Positions 1-12,042 of a DNA stretch of 64,000 bases are shown here, in pieces. Position 1 is the stretch's first letter; every line of letters starts with the position of its first letter. A program made the translations under genes and the position numbers. Source of the DNA: Fistulifera solaris (taxonomy: Eukaryota); assembly GCA_030295235.1 (NCBI GenBank), contig AP026131.1, positions 310,001-374,000 on the forward strand, given 5' to 3'. Below the pieces are notes generated by a model. That model did no database searches. It had not been told where the DNA came from and was given only the letters and a program-made list of their open reading frames with translations.

Positions 1-2165
1 AGGAGGAGGAACAAATGCACACGTCGGAAATTCTCACTGGAGGATGCTGGTAGCTGCAAACAAGGAATTGTATGTTTCGCTACCGAAAAAGCAGAAGATG
101 CTGTTGAGCAAGTCGATTGTGAACGCGGTGCGCAGTCAAAATCCACCGGGACGATTTTTGCAAAAGACAATAAAACGAACCTCTGGTACGATGTGGGCGA
201 TCAACGTGCGCAAGAAAAAACATCACAGGCATTGCGGGAGGGTGCACCGGTGATTCGATCGAAGAATAACAAGGAAAGCGGGTCAGATGATGACGACGAT
301 GGCGACGAACATTCGGTATCTCCGGAGAAAAGCCAGGCATTAACAGATGAAAAGAGTCCAAGAGTAGCACGCGTGCACTCCGGGAATATACCCGTTACTT
401 CTCCTGTTGTTCCGGTTCAGCAATACTCAACACAAACGATGCCTTCTGGACCGCCTGTTTACATGAATCCAGCAAGCAACATGGGAATGATGTACAGTCC
501 GCAACCGCCGCAGTATCCGTTCCCTTCTCCACACCCGATAAATCCACTTCCACCGCATGGTGCCCCGCCTGTCTATGCGCCCAATCACACGGTGGGTCCG
601 TATCCTCCTATCATCTTGAATCCACATGGTATGCCGCACGGAATGGTCGCTATACCAGCTCCCGTCCCAGCTCAAGGACCGGTTCCGGATCGAAACCGGA
701 AACAGAAAAGTCCGGCGAAGAAGAAAACAGACAAGGACGGTGACAGCGGTGATGACAAAGAAGTGGAAGCGAAAAAAGTCATCGAAAGCCAATTCACCGC
801 AGCAAGAGTCGCATCCTCCTCCGTCACATCCGCCGCCTCAGCCGAGTCGATCGAGTCACAGCAATAACGGAACCGTTGAGCCAATTTCTTACGTTCGAAC
901 AGACCCGCGATATCCACAACAAAAACCGTACCAACACACTCAGGCACAGAACGTTTATTATGAAGGAGAGCAATCAATACCTATGCCTCCATCACTATTG
1001 GAAGATCAAGTCGGTTGTAGTTTCGGTTCCCTTGCCATGTCCGAGGTAGAGCATGCTCGCTTATTGGATGGATCCGTTTCGGCGTACAATCAAGGAGGAA
1101 TGCCGCAGCAGCATTACAATGGGGCACAAAATCACTACACTCAGATACAACAACAACAATACTATGACAATTATCAATCACCGTACCCGGGTCAAGTGCA
1201 TCAGTACCGGCAAGATTCGTATTCATCTCAACCTCCGCCACGGCCACCTCGACAACAACAGCAGCAACAGCAGGAGATGCCGTCTCAATCTTTAATGCGC
1301 AACGACTACAGGAATGGTAGCGAGAGCAGTGACCTGGCTCCGCTACCAGTAGACGGTGGCTTGGATGGTGGTGTTGGCTTTTCGTTCGGATCCATTATGA
1401 GTTTAGAGGGACCGAAATTGGATGGCGGTGTTGGGCTATCGTTTGGATCTGCCATGTCGTATTCTATGCGAGGAGATATTGCGCCACCGGATGGGGGCTT
1501 GGAAGCCATTGGAACCAGTTTTGGTAGCATGTCATTGATGGAAAGCAGAACACAGCCAGTGGATGGAGGCTTAGACGGAGTTGGGACCAGTTTTGGATCA
1601 TTTACGTTGTCACAAGACAGAGACAAGTTGGTCGAAATACCCCCGCCAGTGCCGGCTGAAGATGAAGCTCTCTGTGCCCAGCCGCCGTCGTTCCGTCAGC
1701 ATAAGTCAAAAGGCAGCTTGCTCGAATGCAGTGATACTGATTCCGACGACGAAGCGTCAGGGAGCGCTAGAAGTGCTCGAAAATCTGCGGACTGGCAGAA
1801 ATTGCAAGACACGTGGGCAGCCCAAAAAATGCCCCCTGCCTCTCATATACCTCCAAATTTCGGTCCAGGGAGCTCGTCACAGAAACAAAACTACTACGAA
1901 GTTCCTCGCCACGTTCCTGCCACCCATTTGGGTCGTGACTTTTCTCAAATGTCAGCGATCAGCGTCGGCGATTTCAACGAGAACGATCATTATCAGGTCA
2001 TGCCCACAGCAGGCTATTCGAACGGAGATAACTCTTATCCGAGCGGTAGCCCGCAGAATGACATGAATGCGATGCCCCACCTCCACCGGCTGTGCGAAAG
2101 CATGACGATGATGATCTTTGGAGAAGCGAAGGGGATCAGTATCAACAATCATTTGGCGGTTTATA
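1..2165 (+). CDS. DUF6824-domain protein (5'-partial) with a long low-complexity P/Q/S-rich C-terminus; broken by apparent 1-nt indels
   Basis: Frame from nt 2 reads GGGTNAHVGNSHWRMLVAANKELY...SKSIVNAVRSQNPPGRFLQK, then after a slip at ~161-166 ...WYDVGDQRAQEKTSQALRE, the typical DUF6824 signature. Further slips at ~772-777 (A run) and ~2074-2078 (C run) join ORFs 44..253, 193..867 and 626..2203. The end position assumes the last slip is real. Confidence 0.7.
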
Positions 2166-3141
2166 ACGGTTCGAAGGGATGGCTTCTGAAGTGTCGACCT
2201 TAGTATGTATTTCATTATTAGTCACCCATTTTAGAATGTTCTATTTGCAACGGACTAACTAGAGAGAGAGCGCGAGCTTGACACTAAGATGTCTGTCCCT
2301 TAACCAGAACCCTAGAGAAATGATGGTACCGGTAATTTTCCTCCCTCCGAATGTTCCTCCAAGGTTCCTCCATAGCCTAGAAAGTAGATTACTTTTTTAC
2401 AACGGACATGAACGGAAAGTATATTTTCTATGTACTCATTCAAGCGGTATTCGGAACATGTATCGAATTTGAATTGTTACTTGTAATTAGACAGTTTACT
2501 GTGCAATAAACTGTAGTCACGTCTAGAGGAGCGCCGGATTGTGGAATGAACTCTCAGTTTATAATTACTGGAGTACTGTACAGCTGTTTGCTTGGGGTCA
2601 CTGACCCACGTCGGTGTGGTACACTTTCTACACTCACTAGAAAATATCGCGTCTTTGCGGCAAAAACTTTTCATGATATTTTTTCATTCTAAATTATATC
2701 AATGAAAAACGATAATTATATGGTTAAATAAAACAAATTAAGAGGAAAAATATAAGTCATTATCGATTTCGACAAAGCAGTTTCCGCGGGCTTGTGTAGA
2801 AAAAAATGTCAGAGGTTCGTCAAAAAGCCAAGTCAGGCACGATAATTACCAATATCATTCCTCTTGAAAATTTGAATTTAGTCATATAAATATCGTGCCT
2901 GATCTCGTTTTGCACAAAAAGATATTTAACATGGGATTTTTATACGATAAATTACACGGTAATGGAAATTAAATTTTTGGCGCTGTGTAGAATTTGTACC
3001 GGGCTACATGAGAATAGTGCCGCTATGCAACCAGCTGTACAAGTTACAAAAGTATTGCACTTTGCACTAAACTCTCCCAAAACGAATGTCGTGCAAGAGA
3101 GTTAATCATGACGTTGGCTTCATAACTTTTACGATGAAGGG

Positions 3142-5025
3142 ATGCTTTCCCTCAACAAAAGGCCCATTTCACACAGTATCGTTACTTTGTTAATGATACT
3201 ATTTGGTTATAGTCGGCGTTGTTGGTCGTTCGTAAGACCTTTCTGTCAACAACAGCACGTTCGTTTCCTTTCACAGCAAGTCAACCCAACTCTTGAATGG
3301 AAAGGCGCAGCACACTCTACTTCTGGTTTCGTATCGCATGTTCTGGTCGAAGAAAAAGGCTCTACGTCTTTCGAGCAAGTATCTCAAGTGTTAACTGAAC
3401 GAAAAAATGCCAATGATACGGTCACCGATTTGAATGCACTTGAATTAATGAGGCTCGGTGCTGTGTGGTTCTTGCCCTTCGATGCTCCACGTGATCCAGC
3501 GAAGGGAATCAAACCAGTGCGCCTTTTTGAGGACCGTGAGCTCCAACCCGGGGATTATTTAAGAGTCCACCATAATCCGAGGAGATTTCCCGCTGTCCAA
3601 AAGTATGATTGGTCGGCATTCAAATCGGATGTTTCATCGGATAAACCAGGAATTATCGTCGCCCGGAATACTACCATGGGGTGGATGGTTATTGATAAAC
3701 CGCCAAACGTTCCAGTTCACATGACAGTGGACAACAGCCGCGAGAATGTAGCGTCCTGTTTAGAGGAAGTCCTATGCTCCTATGTGACGACGCCCCAACG
3801 GCTCGATCAGAATACGTCGGGATTGTTGGTGGTGTCCACTTCGAAAGTTTTTGCAAATTATTACGCCGATCTTTTGCGACACAAAACAGCGCTACAGCTA
3901 GAACTGAATCAAACGCAGGATACCGAGCATTCTCGTGATTATATTCATAAGAAATATCGGTGTCTAGTTTGTTTACGAGAAGACGATAGCAGATCCATTT
4001 TAGAAGCTGCGCGTGAACTCCAACAGCTCCGTGGTTCCATCGTACGTCATTATTTGGAACCTTCAATTCGTGCACCCAAGCATTTTGTAGCACAGACAAC
4101 CGATTCCACGTGGTTGGAATGCTTACTCCGCATTACTGGAACCAGTGATGTGTATGCCCTCGTCGGTCATGGACAGGAACTGGCCAATAATCTGTGGAGT
4201 TGTCCCGCCGAAGACCGACCTCCGTCATGTCAAGCAGTCATTGAGTTGGAAATCGAGTTGCTAACAGGGCGGACACATCAAGTGCGTGGTCAGTTGTCAG
4301 CCATGGGGTTTCCGATCGTTGGTGATACGCAGTATGGCGGTGCCATTCCGAAAAACGCACCGTTGCGTTCCGATATTGTTGATTACCAAGCTTCAGCCCA
4401 ATTAGCTTTACAGTGCTGCGCTCTCGAGTTCGCAGACCCAGATATTGTCGAAAAGAGTGACGGTACAGAAAGTATGAGGCGATCGCGGCGTTGGAATTCG
4501 TTCTATCTCGACGCGGCATGGTGGACTCCGTTTCTCCGCGCGTATGATTCTAATAAAGAAGCGGACGGCGGAAGTCGAATGGGAGCTACAACAAACCTGA
4601 CAGAAGAGAACAAACTAGAGCAAACAATATCGGTATCACCCGTGCAAACAACAAAACGTCCTCGACCCGAGTTGTTGCCCCCACGTGTTTCACTATCTAA
4701 AGGAGCGAACAAGTATGTTCTCATTCGAGCCACACATCCGCTCACGGACACTGTCGAATGGTTTGTAAAGAGTGCGGCACCGTCCGAAAGTGGCGGTCCC
4801 TACCACGGAAATGTGGCACAAGACTTACGAGAATGGATTGCAGCCGCCGGGTACACGGCCGAAGTCACCGGAGGCGGACGTATTGATTATAATGGCGCAA
4901 AAGCTCTCGTGTACGGATTCAGTTACGGCTTTGGGAAAGGTGATCACGCAAAAGCGGCGGAACTCATTCAAACATTTCAGCCGGATATTGATGCAACGTT
5001 CGACAACACCGATGGTTTGTATTGA
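3142..5025 (+). CDS. RluA-family RNA pseudouridine synthase fused to a C-terminal Janus/Ocnus (PHPT1-like) phosphohistidine phosphatase domain
   Basis: Uninterrupted 627-aa ORF with IDKPP, QRLDQNTSGLLV (catalytic Asp) and LLTGRTHQVR...PIVGDTQYG. The last ~115 aa carry KYVLIR, PYHG, GGGRI, VYGFSYGFGKGDH and ...DGLY. The N-terminus looks like an organellar targeting peptide. Confidence 0.85.
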   Translation: MLSLNKRPISHSIVTLLMILFGYSRRCWSFVRPFCQQQHVRFLSQQVNPTLEWKGAAHSTSGFVSHVLVEEKGSTSFEQVSQVLTERKNANDTVTDLNALELMRLGAVWFLPFDAPRDPAKGIKPVRLFEDRELQPGDYLRVHHNPRRFPAVQKYDWSAFKSDVSSDKPGIIVARNTTMGWMVIDKPPNVPVHMTVDNSRENVASCLEEVLCSYVTTPQRLDQNTSGLLVVSTSKVFANYYADLLRHKTALQLELNQTQDTEHSRDYIHKKYRCLVCLREDDSRSILEAARELQQLRGSIVRHYLEPSIRAPKHFVAQTTDSTWLECLLRITGTSDVYALVGHGQELANNLWSCPAEDRPPSCQAVIELEIELLTGRTHQVRGQLSAMGFPIVGDTQYGGAIPKNAPLRSDIVDYQASAQLALQCCALEFADPDIVEKSDGTESMRRSRRWNSFYLDAAWWTPFLRAYDSNKEADGGSRMGATTNLTEENKLEQTISVSPVQTTKRPRPELLPPRVSLSKGANKYVLIRATHPLTDTVEWFVKSAAPSESGGPYHGNVAQDLREWIAAAGYTAEVTGGGRIDYNGAKALVYGFSYGFGKGDHAKAAELIQTFQPDIDATFDNTDGLY

Positions 5026-5430
5026 TCTTAAAAATGGGATGATGATTTAATTTTTCTCAGCAATCGGGTCTAGGGGATAGAGCACCACGGATCCGTATCG
5101 AGAACTAAAGGAGGGGATACCAAGGCAGCAAAAGTACCTTTAGGTAGAGGTTTACTCGTCTTGGACTTTAGAGTGGACGCTCAGTTGACGCTAAAGGAGC
5201 ACGACTCACGAGTCCGTCACGAGCGGAGACTCTAGAAGATTATTACTGTGTGACTGTATGTACCATGTGGCGGCAAGATCTCGCACATCCGCGACAAAAA
5301 AGATCGCGCAATAACTACTCTTCGACTTCCCTTCTCGTCGAAAAATCTTTTATTACAAGAATCAAACAAAATTGATTGATATCTTCTGAAAGACAAACAA
5401 AGACTTTCGAGAGATATAAACAAGACGCAA

Positions 5431-6535
5431 GTGAATCAGCGCATTCCGTGGAAAGACTCGAATCTATCTCTGATTGGCAGTAATCTCGATCACAAAATCA
5501 AAGAAGCCGCGGCGGACGACGAGACCCAATGGGAAGGAATCGGTGAAGCGCCCGGTTTGAAGGTGTGGCGAATCGAAAACTTCAAAGTCGTACCATGGGA
5601 TAACCCGGGCAAGTTCTATACCGGGGACTCGTACGTTGTATTGAATACCTATCAGCGAAACAACAAACTGCTTCACGATATTCACATTTGGATCGGAAGT
5701 GAATCTTCGCAAGACGAGTACGGCACCGCTGCTTACAAGATGGTCGAATGCGATGAAGTATTAGGAGGCGGAGCCATTCAGCATCGCGAGACGCAGGGTC
5801 ACGAAAGTTCTTTGTTTCAGAGCTACTTTGATGACAAACTGGAATACTGGACGGGTGGTTCGGCCTCGGGATTTCATCACGTCGAAGCCACCGACGAGGA
5901 ACCTATTCTGTATTGTGTGAAAGGAACTCAAAAGGGTCTCCGCATGACACAATTGCCGCTGAAGAAAGGCTCGTTGAATCACGGTGATTCCTTCATTTTG
6001 TATGCGAGTACGAGCTCCGTCTGGATTTGGCACGGAAAGTCGGCCAATCCCGATGAAAAAAGCCAAGGCGGGCTCTCTTGGAGAAAAGATGTGCACGCAT
6101 GGGACTGCGGTCGTGTTAGACGACGGCGATGACGACGACGCTATTGATTTCTGGAAGTATCTCGGTTCGGGCGAAATTGCGGAAGCGGATGATAAGGATC
6201 AGACGGTGGAGAGCTTCGTCCCTATCCTCTACAGACTCCGACAAGGCGGAGAACCGGAACAAGTATCAAAGGCGGCAGCTCAAGTAAAGATCCGGTTCGG
6301 AAAAGCCGATCCACCCATTGACAAGAATCTGCTAGTAGAGGATGAAATGCTTTTGCTGGATGCTGGATGGGAATTGTTTCTCTGGATGGGAAAAGACGTG
6401 CAGCGAACTGAAAAATTGCAAGCCATGACACAAGCCGAGGCTTTTAGCAAGAAAGATGCCCGAACGATGAATCTGCCGTTGACTCTAGTCAAGTCTGGAT
6501 GGGAAAGTAGCGATTTCATGAGCCATTTCGGGTAA
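5431..6535 (+). CDS. Gelsolin/severin-family actin-binding protein (about 3 gelsolin repeats)
   Basis: GLKVWRIENFKVV, GKFYTGDSYVVL, IHIWIGSESSQDEYGTAAYK, HRETQGHES, LNHGDSFIL, LLLDAGWELFLWMGK. Frameshift at the A run ~6055-6061 joins ORFs 5431..6132 and 5984..6535. No in-frame ATG; 'caagtgaat' may be 'caagATGaat' with one base lost. Confidence 0.88.
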
Positions 6536-6689
6536 TGTTTATTAGGAAAATGAGCATTGCTTAATTCCATGCATGTTTGAAAGACCCTAAATATTAACAA
6601 AAATTAATTTGAAATGAATTGAACTTCGAATCACAATTCCGTCTTTTCACTCGGACGCTACAGATGCCCTTCACCTACAACCTAGATTG

Positions 6690-8232
6690 GGCACTTTCAT
6701 TCATAAAACAACTTTCCCCCCTTCTCATTCTACACTATAACAAAAGAAATCGAACGACGAGAAGTCACCCAGACAGAATGTCGAACAACATTGTAATATG
6801 TGTGCTATCAAGGCCGAGTTTTTTATTGTTACTGCACGAGGCTGTCGTAAGCGTCTCTTCTACATGCCATCGCGACTCGTCATCCCCACAAAGAACTGAT
6901 CCCGAGCTTGTCGAAATGCTTGTGTGAGCGTCATATCCCCCGGCGCTACACCCGGCGGCAATCCCGGCTGGTGCGACATGTGACCCATATCGTCACTCGC
7001 ACTGGCGTCTTCATCTCGTAACAAAACCGCCGAGGCCAACTTGCGTCCATCCACTTCTAGAATAAGTCCTCCGTCACAGTGTTCATCAATTAACAAGAAG
7101 ACCAATTCCAAGTTATCCAGTACCATGGAACGATCGGTGGATCCTCCCATGAGTTGCGCTAATGCACTGTGCATTCCCTCGCACAAATAAGCCAGCACCA
7201 ATTCCGATTCACTCGGGGAACCCACGTGAACTACTTTCACGTCCGGGCCGTTGCCACCGGTGAAAACAGCCGTACGTCCTTGTACAGTGACTACTTCGGC
7301 AGCATCCGGACGTGCGGAAATCCCGGCAATTTTCTGTTGCAAGGCTTGTTCAAATTGCAAACGCAACGCTTCGACCGTTTGATCACCGCTGGGTTTGCTC
7401 AGAAAGTCGCCGTAATATTTACCCGCGAGGCGATTGCCTTCGTGATCCAAGACAAGAATTTGGCACTTTCATTCATAAAACAACTTTCCCCCCTTCTCAT
7501 TCTACACTATAACAAAAGAAATCGAACGACGAGAAGTCACCCAGACAGAATGTCGAACAACATTGTAATATGTGTGCTATCAAGGCCGAGTTTTTTATTG
7601 TTACTGCACGAGGCTGTCGTAAGCGTCTCTTCTACATGCCATCGCGACTCGTCATCCCCACAAAGAACTGATCCCGAGCTTGTCGAAATGCTTGTGTGAG
7701 CGTCATATCCCCCGGCGCTACACCCGGCGGCAATCCCGGCTGGTGCGACATGTGACCCATATCGTCACTCGCACTGGCGTCTTCATCTCGTAACAAAACC
7801 GCCGAGGCCAACTTGCGTCCATCCACTTCTAGAATAAGTCCTCCGTCACAGTGTTCATCAATTAACAAGAAGACCAATTCCAAGTTATCCAGTACCATGG
7901 AACGATCGGTGGATCCTCCCATGAGTTGCGCTAATGCACTGTGCATTCCCTCGCACAAATAAGCCAGCACCAATTCCGATTCACTCGGGGAACCCACGTG
8001 AACTACTTTCACGTCCGGGCCGTTGCCACCGGTGAAAACAGCCGTACGTCCTTGTACAGTGACTACTTCGGCAGCATCCGGACGTGCGGAAATCCCGGCA
8101 ATTTTCTGTTGCAAGGCTTGTTCAAATTGCAAACGCAACGCTTCGACCGTTTGATCACCGCTGGGTTTGCTCAGAAAGTCGCCGTAATATTTACCCGCGA
8201 GGCGATTGCCTTCGTGATCCAAGACAAGAATT
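6690..8232. repeat. Direct tandem duplication with a 772-bp period (6690..7460 and 7462..8232)
   Basis: The two copies appear identical on reading, and the ORF track shows identical peptides offset by exactly 772 nt (6860 vs 7632; 7169 vs 7941). Confidence 0.95.
6860..7460 (-). pseudogene. 5'-truncated duplicate of coatomer zeta
   Basis: Identical to 7632..8232 but lacks the first ~11 codons (MIPPLLPKIDA) and the upstream region. Confidence 0.7.
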
Positions 8233-8264
8233 GCGTCTATTTTTGGGAGCAAAGGTGGAATCAT
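7632..8264 (-). CDS. COPZ1: Coatomer (COPI) subunit zeta
   Basis: IDAILVLDHEGNRLAGKYY, ESELVL and VLDNLELVFLLIDEHCDGGLILEVD are longin/sigma-zeta adaptor motifs; the C-terminal TLTQAFRQARDQ is typical of zeta-COP. Confidence 0.9.
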   Translation of the reverse strand: MIPPLLPKIDAILVLDHEGNRLAGKYYGDFLSKPSGDQTVEALRLQFEQALQQKIAGISARPDAAEVVTVQGRTAVFTGGNGPDVKVVHVGSPSESELVLAYLCEGMHSALAQLMGGSTDRSMVLDNLELVFLLIDEHCDGGLILEVDGRKLASAVLLRDEDASASDDMGHMSHQPGLPPGVAPGDMTLTQAFRQARDQFFVGMTSRDGM

Positions 8265-8582
8265 TGTCGATAATAGTTAAGGCGAGAACGAGTGGAACTA
8301 TAAATACTTCGGTTTATGCGTCGCTTGCTGCAACCATGGTCACGACAACACGACGAGCGCGTTGCCTCTTTGTGAAAAAAAGCAGCAGATGACTTTTTAG
8401 TACCGAACGGTTATGGCGATTGAATGTCCGATCGCGTTTCGGTTTTTTATATGCTTATCCTTAGTGAAGAATAATTGAAGCAAATGAATGAGGCCAACTC
8501 ATCGCAAAACCAATCGCGCAATCAACACTTATTTATTTGGTGCTCATCATACTAAGCATTAAGCAACAAGGGTCCATCTTTC

Positions 8583-10090
8583 ATGTACTCTCGCATTATT
8601 TGTCTGCCAAGAAATCTGTTAATCGTGTCGTGGTTTCTGGTCCTTTCACAACGAGCTGTTACCGTTCGTTCCTTTCATTTTTGCCGGCCGTTTTCTACCA
8701 CAATCGGCTGTCCCCTCATCAGTAGCATGGCGCCGGCTCGTTCTTCTCCTCGTCGCAGAACAATCACGTCTGTAAAAGAAGACGAGATTTCTGAAATAGT
8801 AATGAAAGAGTCACCGAAGAAAAAAGTAGCAAAAGTGGTGAAAACGAAAAAGGTAACTGCTAAATCTACAGCTACAACCAAATCACCCAAAGGCTCTACG
8901 GCAAAGACGACACAAGAAGAAACAACGCCAAAGAAACAAAAACTTTCCAAAGGTTCCGATACAGTAGAATCACCCACGAAAAAGGTCAAAGCACCGAAAC
9001 ATCAAGTCGTCACGACTCGAGACCCGATTTCCAAACTATGGAATGAAGATCGCGCACGTGAAAATAACTCGTACAGTACGTCTTTTCGTCGGCATTTGCA
9101 TCACTTCCAAGCTTTCGTCGTCTCATTTTCGTTTGCTCTTTGTAATTGACAGCCTTTAAAATTGCAACTTGGAATGTGGCTGGTTTGCGGGGTCTTCTGA
9201 CCAAAGATCCCGAGGCATTGAAACATTTGTGTCAAAAGCATGATCTCGATGTGTTGTGCTTACAGGAAACCAAGTTACAAGAATCACACGTGACGGATCT
9301 CAAATTAAATCTGACACAGCATCATCCCATTGGGTACGATGTGCACTATTCGTGTTCCAAAGCTCGCAAAGGTTATTCCGGAACGGCAGTTTTTGTAAAA
9401 CGACAGACGACGACCAAACAACAAACAACATTGGATTCTTTCTTTCAACCGAAAACGTCGGAAAAGAAAGAAAAGGAAAGCACAAAGCACGTTCCAGCAA
9501 ATTTTGATCGCTCTTTGTTGTCACCCACCGAGGTTCTATTCGATATGGGCATTGAAAAGCACGACCAAGAAGGACGAATGGTCGTTTTGAAGTTTCCCCT
9601 TTTCACCTTGGTCAATGTATACGTTCCGAATTCGGGTCAAAAGTTAGAGCGTTTGTCGTATCGTACCGAGGAATGGGACGTGGATTTTCTCAAATTTATG
9701 CAGTCACAGTCCAACGTCATGTGGTGTGGGGACTTGAACGTGGCGCACACGAACCTCGAAGTCTGGAATGACGGTGCCAAGCACTTGGCAACACAAGCCG
9801 GTGTCACCGAACAAGAAAGGGCTTCTTTCACACAGCAACTGGAAACTGGATTTATTGACGTGTTTCGTCACCTCCATCCAACTGCGGCGGGACACTACAC
9901 GTACTGGAGTCAGCGTGCGGGGAACCGGGAACCGAATAAAGGCCTGCGCCTAGACTATTTCATTTGCCATCCATCGTTACTGGAAGAGTCCTCGAATATA
10001 ATAGTTCGGGACAGTTACATGGACCCAGAGCAAATGGGATCGGATCATTGTCCAGCTATAGTGGAAATAGAAATCAAAGCTACAACGTAG
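8583..10090 (+). CDS. AP endonuclease (exodeoxyribonuclease III/APEX1 family) with a K-rich N-terminal extension; intron 9076..9152
   Basis: Splicing GTACGT...TGACAG gives NSYTFKIATWNVAGLR. Motifs LCLQETK, GYSGTA, NVYVPNSG, WCGDLNVAH, YTYWS, GLRLDYF and GSDHCP. The start could be 8583 or the second ATG at 8728. Confidence 0.92.
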
Positions 10091-10137
10091 ATCGATAAGT
10101 AACTGAAACGCGACCTAAAATAATGTGCTAAGCCTCT

Positions 10138-11236
10138 CTACGGGAGGGCTACGTGCCAGCCAAGTTGACATTTGAAGCATAACATGTTTTCTCTTTTCGA
10201 CGGAGTATTTTTTGCATCGATAATCGATAGCTTACTGCCTTTATGTGCTCTTCAGCACGAACGATATAAATGGTAAGAGCGATTCTTATGACGCAAGACA
10301 AACTTGGTACCCCCTACGTCGATAAATTTCCCTACGGGCGCTACGTGCAAACGACGTAGACTCTCGAAGCATGACACATTTTCTCGTTTGTGTGTTTTCG
10401 CATCGATAATCAATAGCTTGCTGCTTTTCAATACGATTGATCTATGCTATACATGGTAAGAGATGTTTTGGACGCAAAACAGACTTCAAAACTGGTGCGG
10501 TAAAATTTGACTCGACCTCCGGGTACCCCCTACGTCGATAAATTTCCTGAGGGCGCTACGTGCAAACGACGTAGACTCTCGAAGCATGACACATTTTCTC
10601 GTTTGTGTGTTTTCGCATCGATAATCAATAGCTTGCTGCTTTTCAATACGATTGATCTATGCTATACATGGTAAGAGATGTTTTGGACGCAAAACAGACT
10701 TCAAAACTGGTGCGGTAAAATTTGACTCGACCTCCGGGTACCCCCCTACGTCGATAAATTTCCCTACGGGCGCTACGTGCAAACGACGTAGACTCTCGAA
10801 GCATGACACATTCTCTCGTTTGTGTGTTTTCGCATCGATAATCAATAGCTTGCTGCTTTTCAATACGATTGATCTATGCTATACATGGTAAGAGATCTTT
10901 TGGACGCAAAACAGACTTCAAAACTGGTGCGGTAAATTTGACTCGACCTCCGGGTACCCCCCTACGTCGATAAATTTCCCTACGGGCGCTACGTGCAAAC
11001 GACGTAGACTCTCGAAGCATGACACATTCTCTCGTTTGTGTGTTTTCGCATCGATAATCAATAGCTTGCTGCTTTTCAATACGATTGATCTATGCTATAC
11101 ATGGTAAGAGATCTTTTGGACGCAAAACAGACTTCAAAACTGGTGCGGTAAATTTGACTCGACCTCCGGGTACCCCCCTACGTCGATAAATTTCCCTACG
11201 GGCGCTACGTGCAAACGACGTAGAGACTTTCGAAGC
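10138..11236. repeat. Tandem array of a ~216-bp unit (~4.3 near-identical copies plus a diverged leading copy)
   Basis: GGTACCCCC(C)TACGTCGATAAATTTCC recurs at 10306, 10522, 10737, 10953 and 11169; a degenerate copy spans 10138-10305. Confidence 0.95.
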
Positions 11237-11598
11237 GGTTTAACCTTCCTCTTTCCTTTTATTTCATTTCAATTGTTGCCTGTCCAATGACTTTGAATAC
11301 GAATATGCTTAATTATCAAAAAGCGATCGAAGCTTGGTGCAAAAGATAACCGGAAGTTGGTTTCGTAACAAAAAAATCATCTACGTCGACGACGGATTTC
11401 CCACCAAGAGTACGTTCTCCTGTACGATTACCCCTGAAATTTCGTGACTGCGAATCAACGCGAATCTTCCGACAAACCGCAAAAAGCGGTCGGCAAATCA
11501 TACTCACACGACAACAACAAGTCAGTTGCACCTTCCGGTTGCTGAAGATCAAAGACACAAACCACGCTTTCATAACTTTCCGTACTTATCACATAAGC

Positions 11599-12042
11599 AT
11601 GGCGAAGAAATCTGCAAAAGCGCCTACAAAGAAAGCAGCAAGTACGGCGAATTACGAAAAACATGTTGCCGAAGAACCAGCGGCGACAGTTGGAAATGGC
11701 AAAGGACGAGGCCTCACGTTCGTCGGGAAAGTTGGAATATTTATAGGCTTTCCATTATTTTGTGGGTTCATGGGACTCTATATGTGGTATTTCGCTTCTC
11801 TGAAAGACCCTCAAAGAACGGTAGATTTGGATCGGGATTTTATCATGCCTTTTTTACTTGGACTTGCTATGGTCGTCGTCGTCGGCATGCAAACGAATGG
11901 ATTTTCCACAAGAGAAACAAAGCCTTTAGTACAGTGGCCGAAAGTGAAACGAGTTAGAAAGGTTGTTCTGAAAGGGGAGAAAGGCGAAACGACCGAAAGT
12001 TCAGCGGCGCAGAAAAAGAGAACTAGACCCCTAAGTCGCTGA
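11599..12042 (+). CDS. Small basic membrane protein with two predicted TM helices, function unknown
   Basis: ATG at 11599 (MAKKSAKAP...). Hydrophobic segments VGIFIGFPLFCGFMGLYMWYF and FIMPFLLGLAMVVVVGM; K/R-rich tail. Confidence 0.65.
   Translation: MAKKSAKAPTKKAASTANYEKHVAEEPAATVGNGKGRGLTFVGKVGIFIGFPLFCGFMGLYMWYFASLKDPQRTVDLDRDFIMPFLLGLAMVVVVGMQTNGFSTRETKPLVQWPKVKRVRKVVLKGEKGETTESSAAQKKRTRPLSR

Noticed and set aside
2650..3000. AT-rich intergenic stretch with a 12-bp inverted repeat (TCAGGCACGATA 2833-2844 / TATCGTGCCTGA 2891-2902) as a possible centromere-like or MITE sequence
   Set aside because: It is too short and has no further supporting structure; it is compatible with an ordinary promoter region.
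10306..11236. Regularly spaced repeats (also 17895-18000 and 53871-54930) as possible CRISPR arrays
   Set aside because: Whole units repeat with no unique spacers, there are no cas genes, and the context is eukaryotic.
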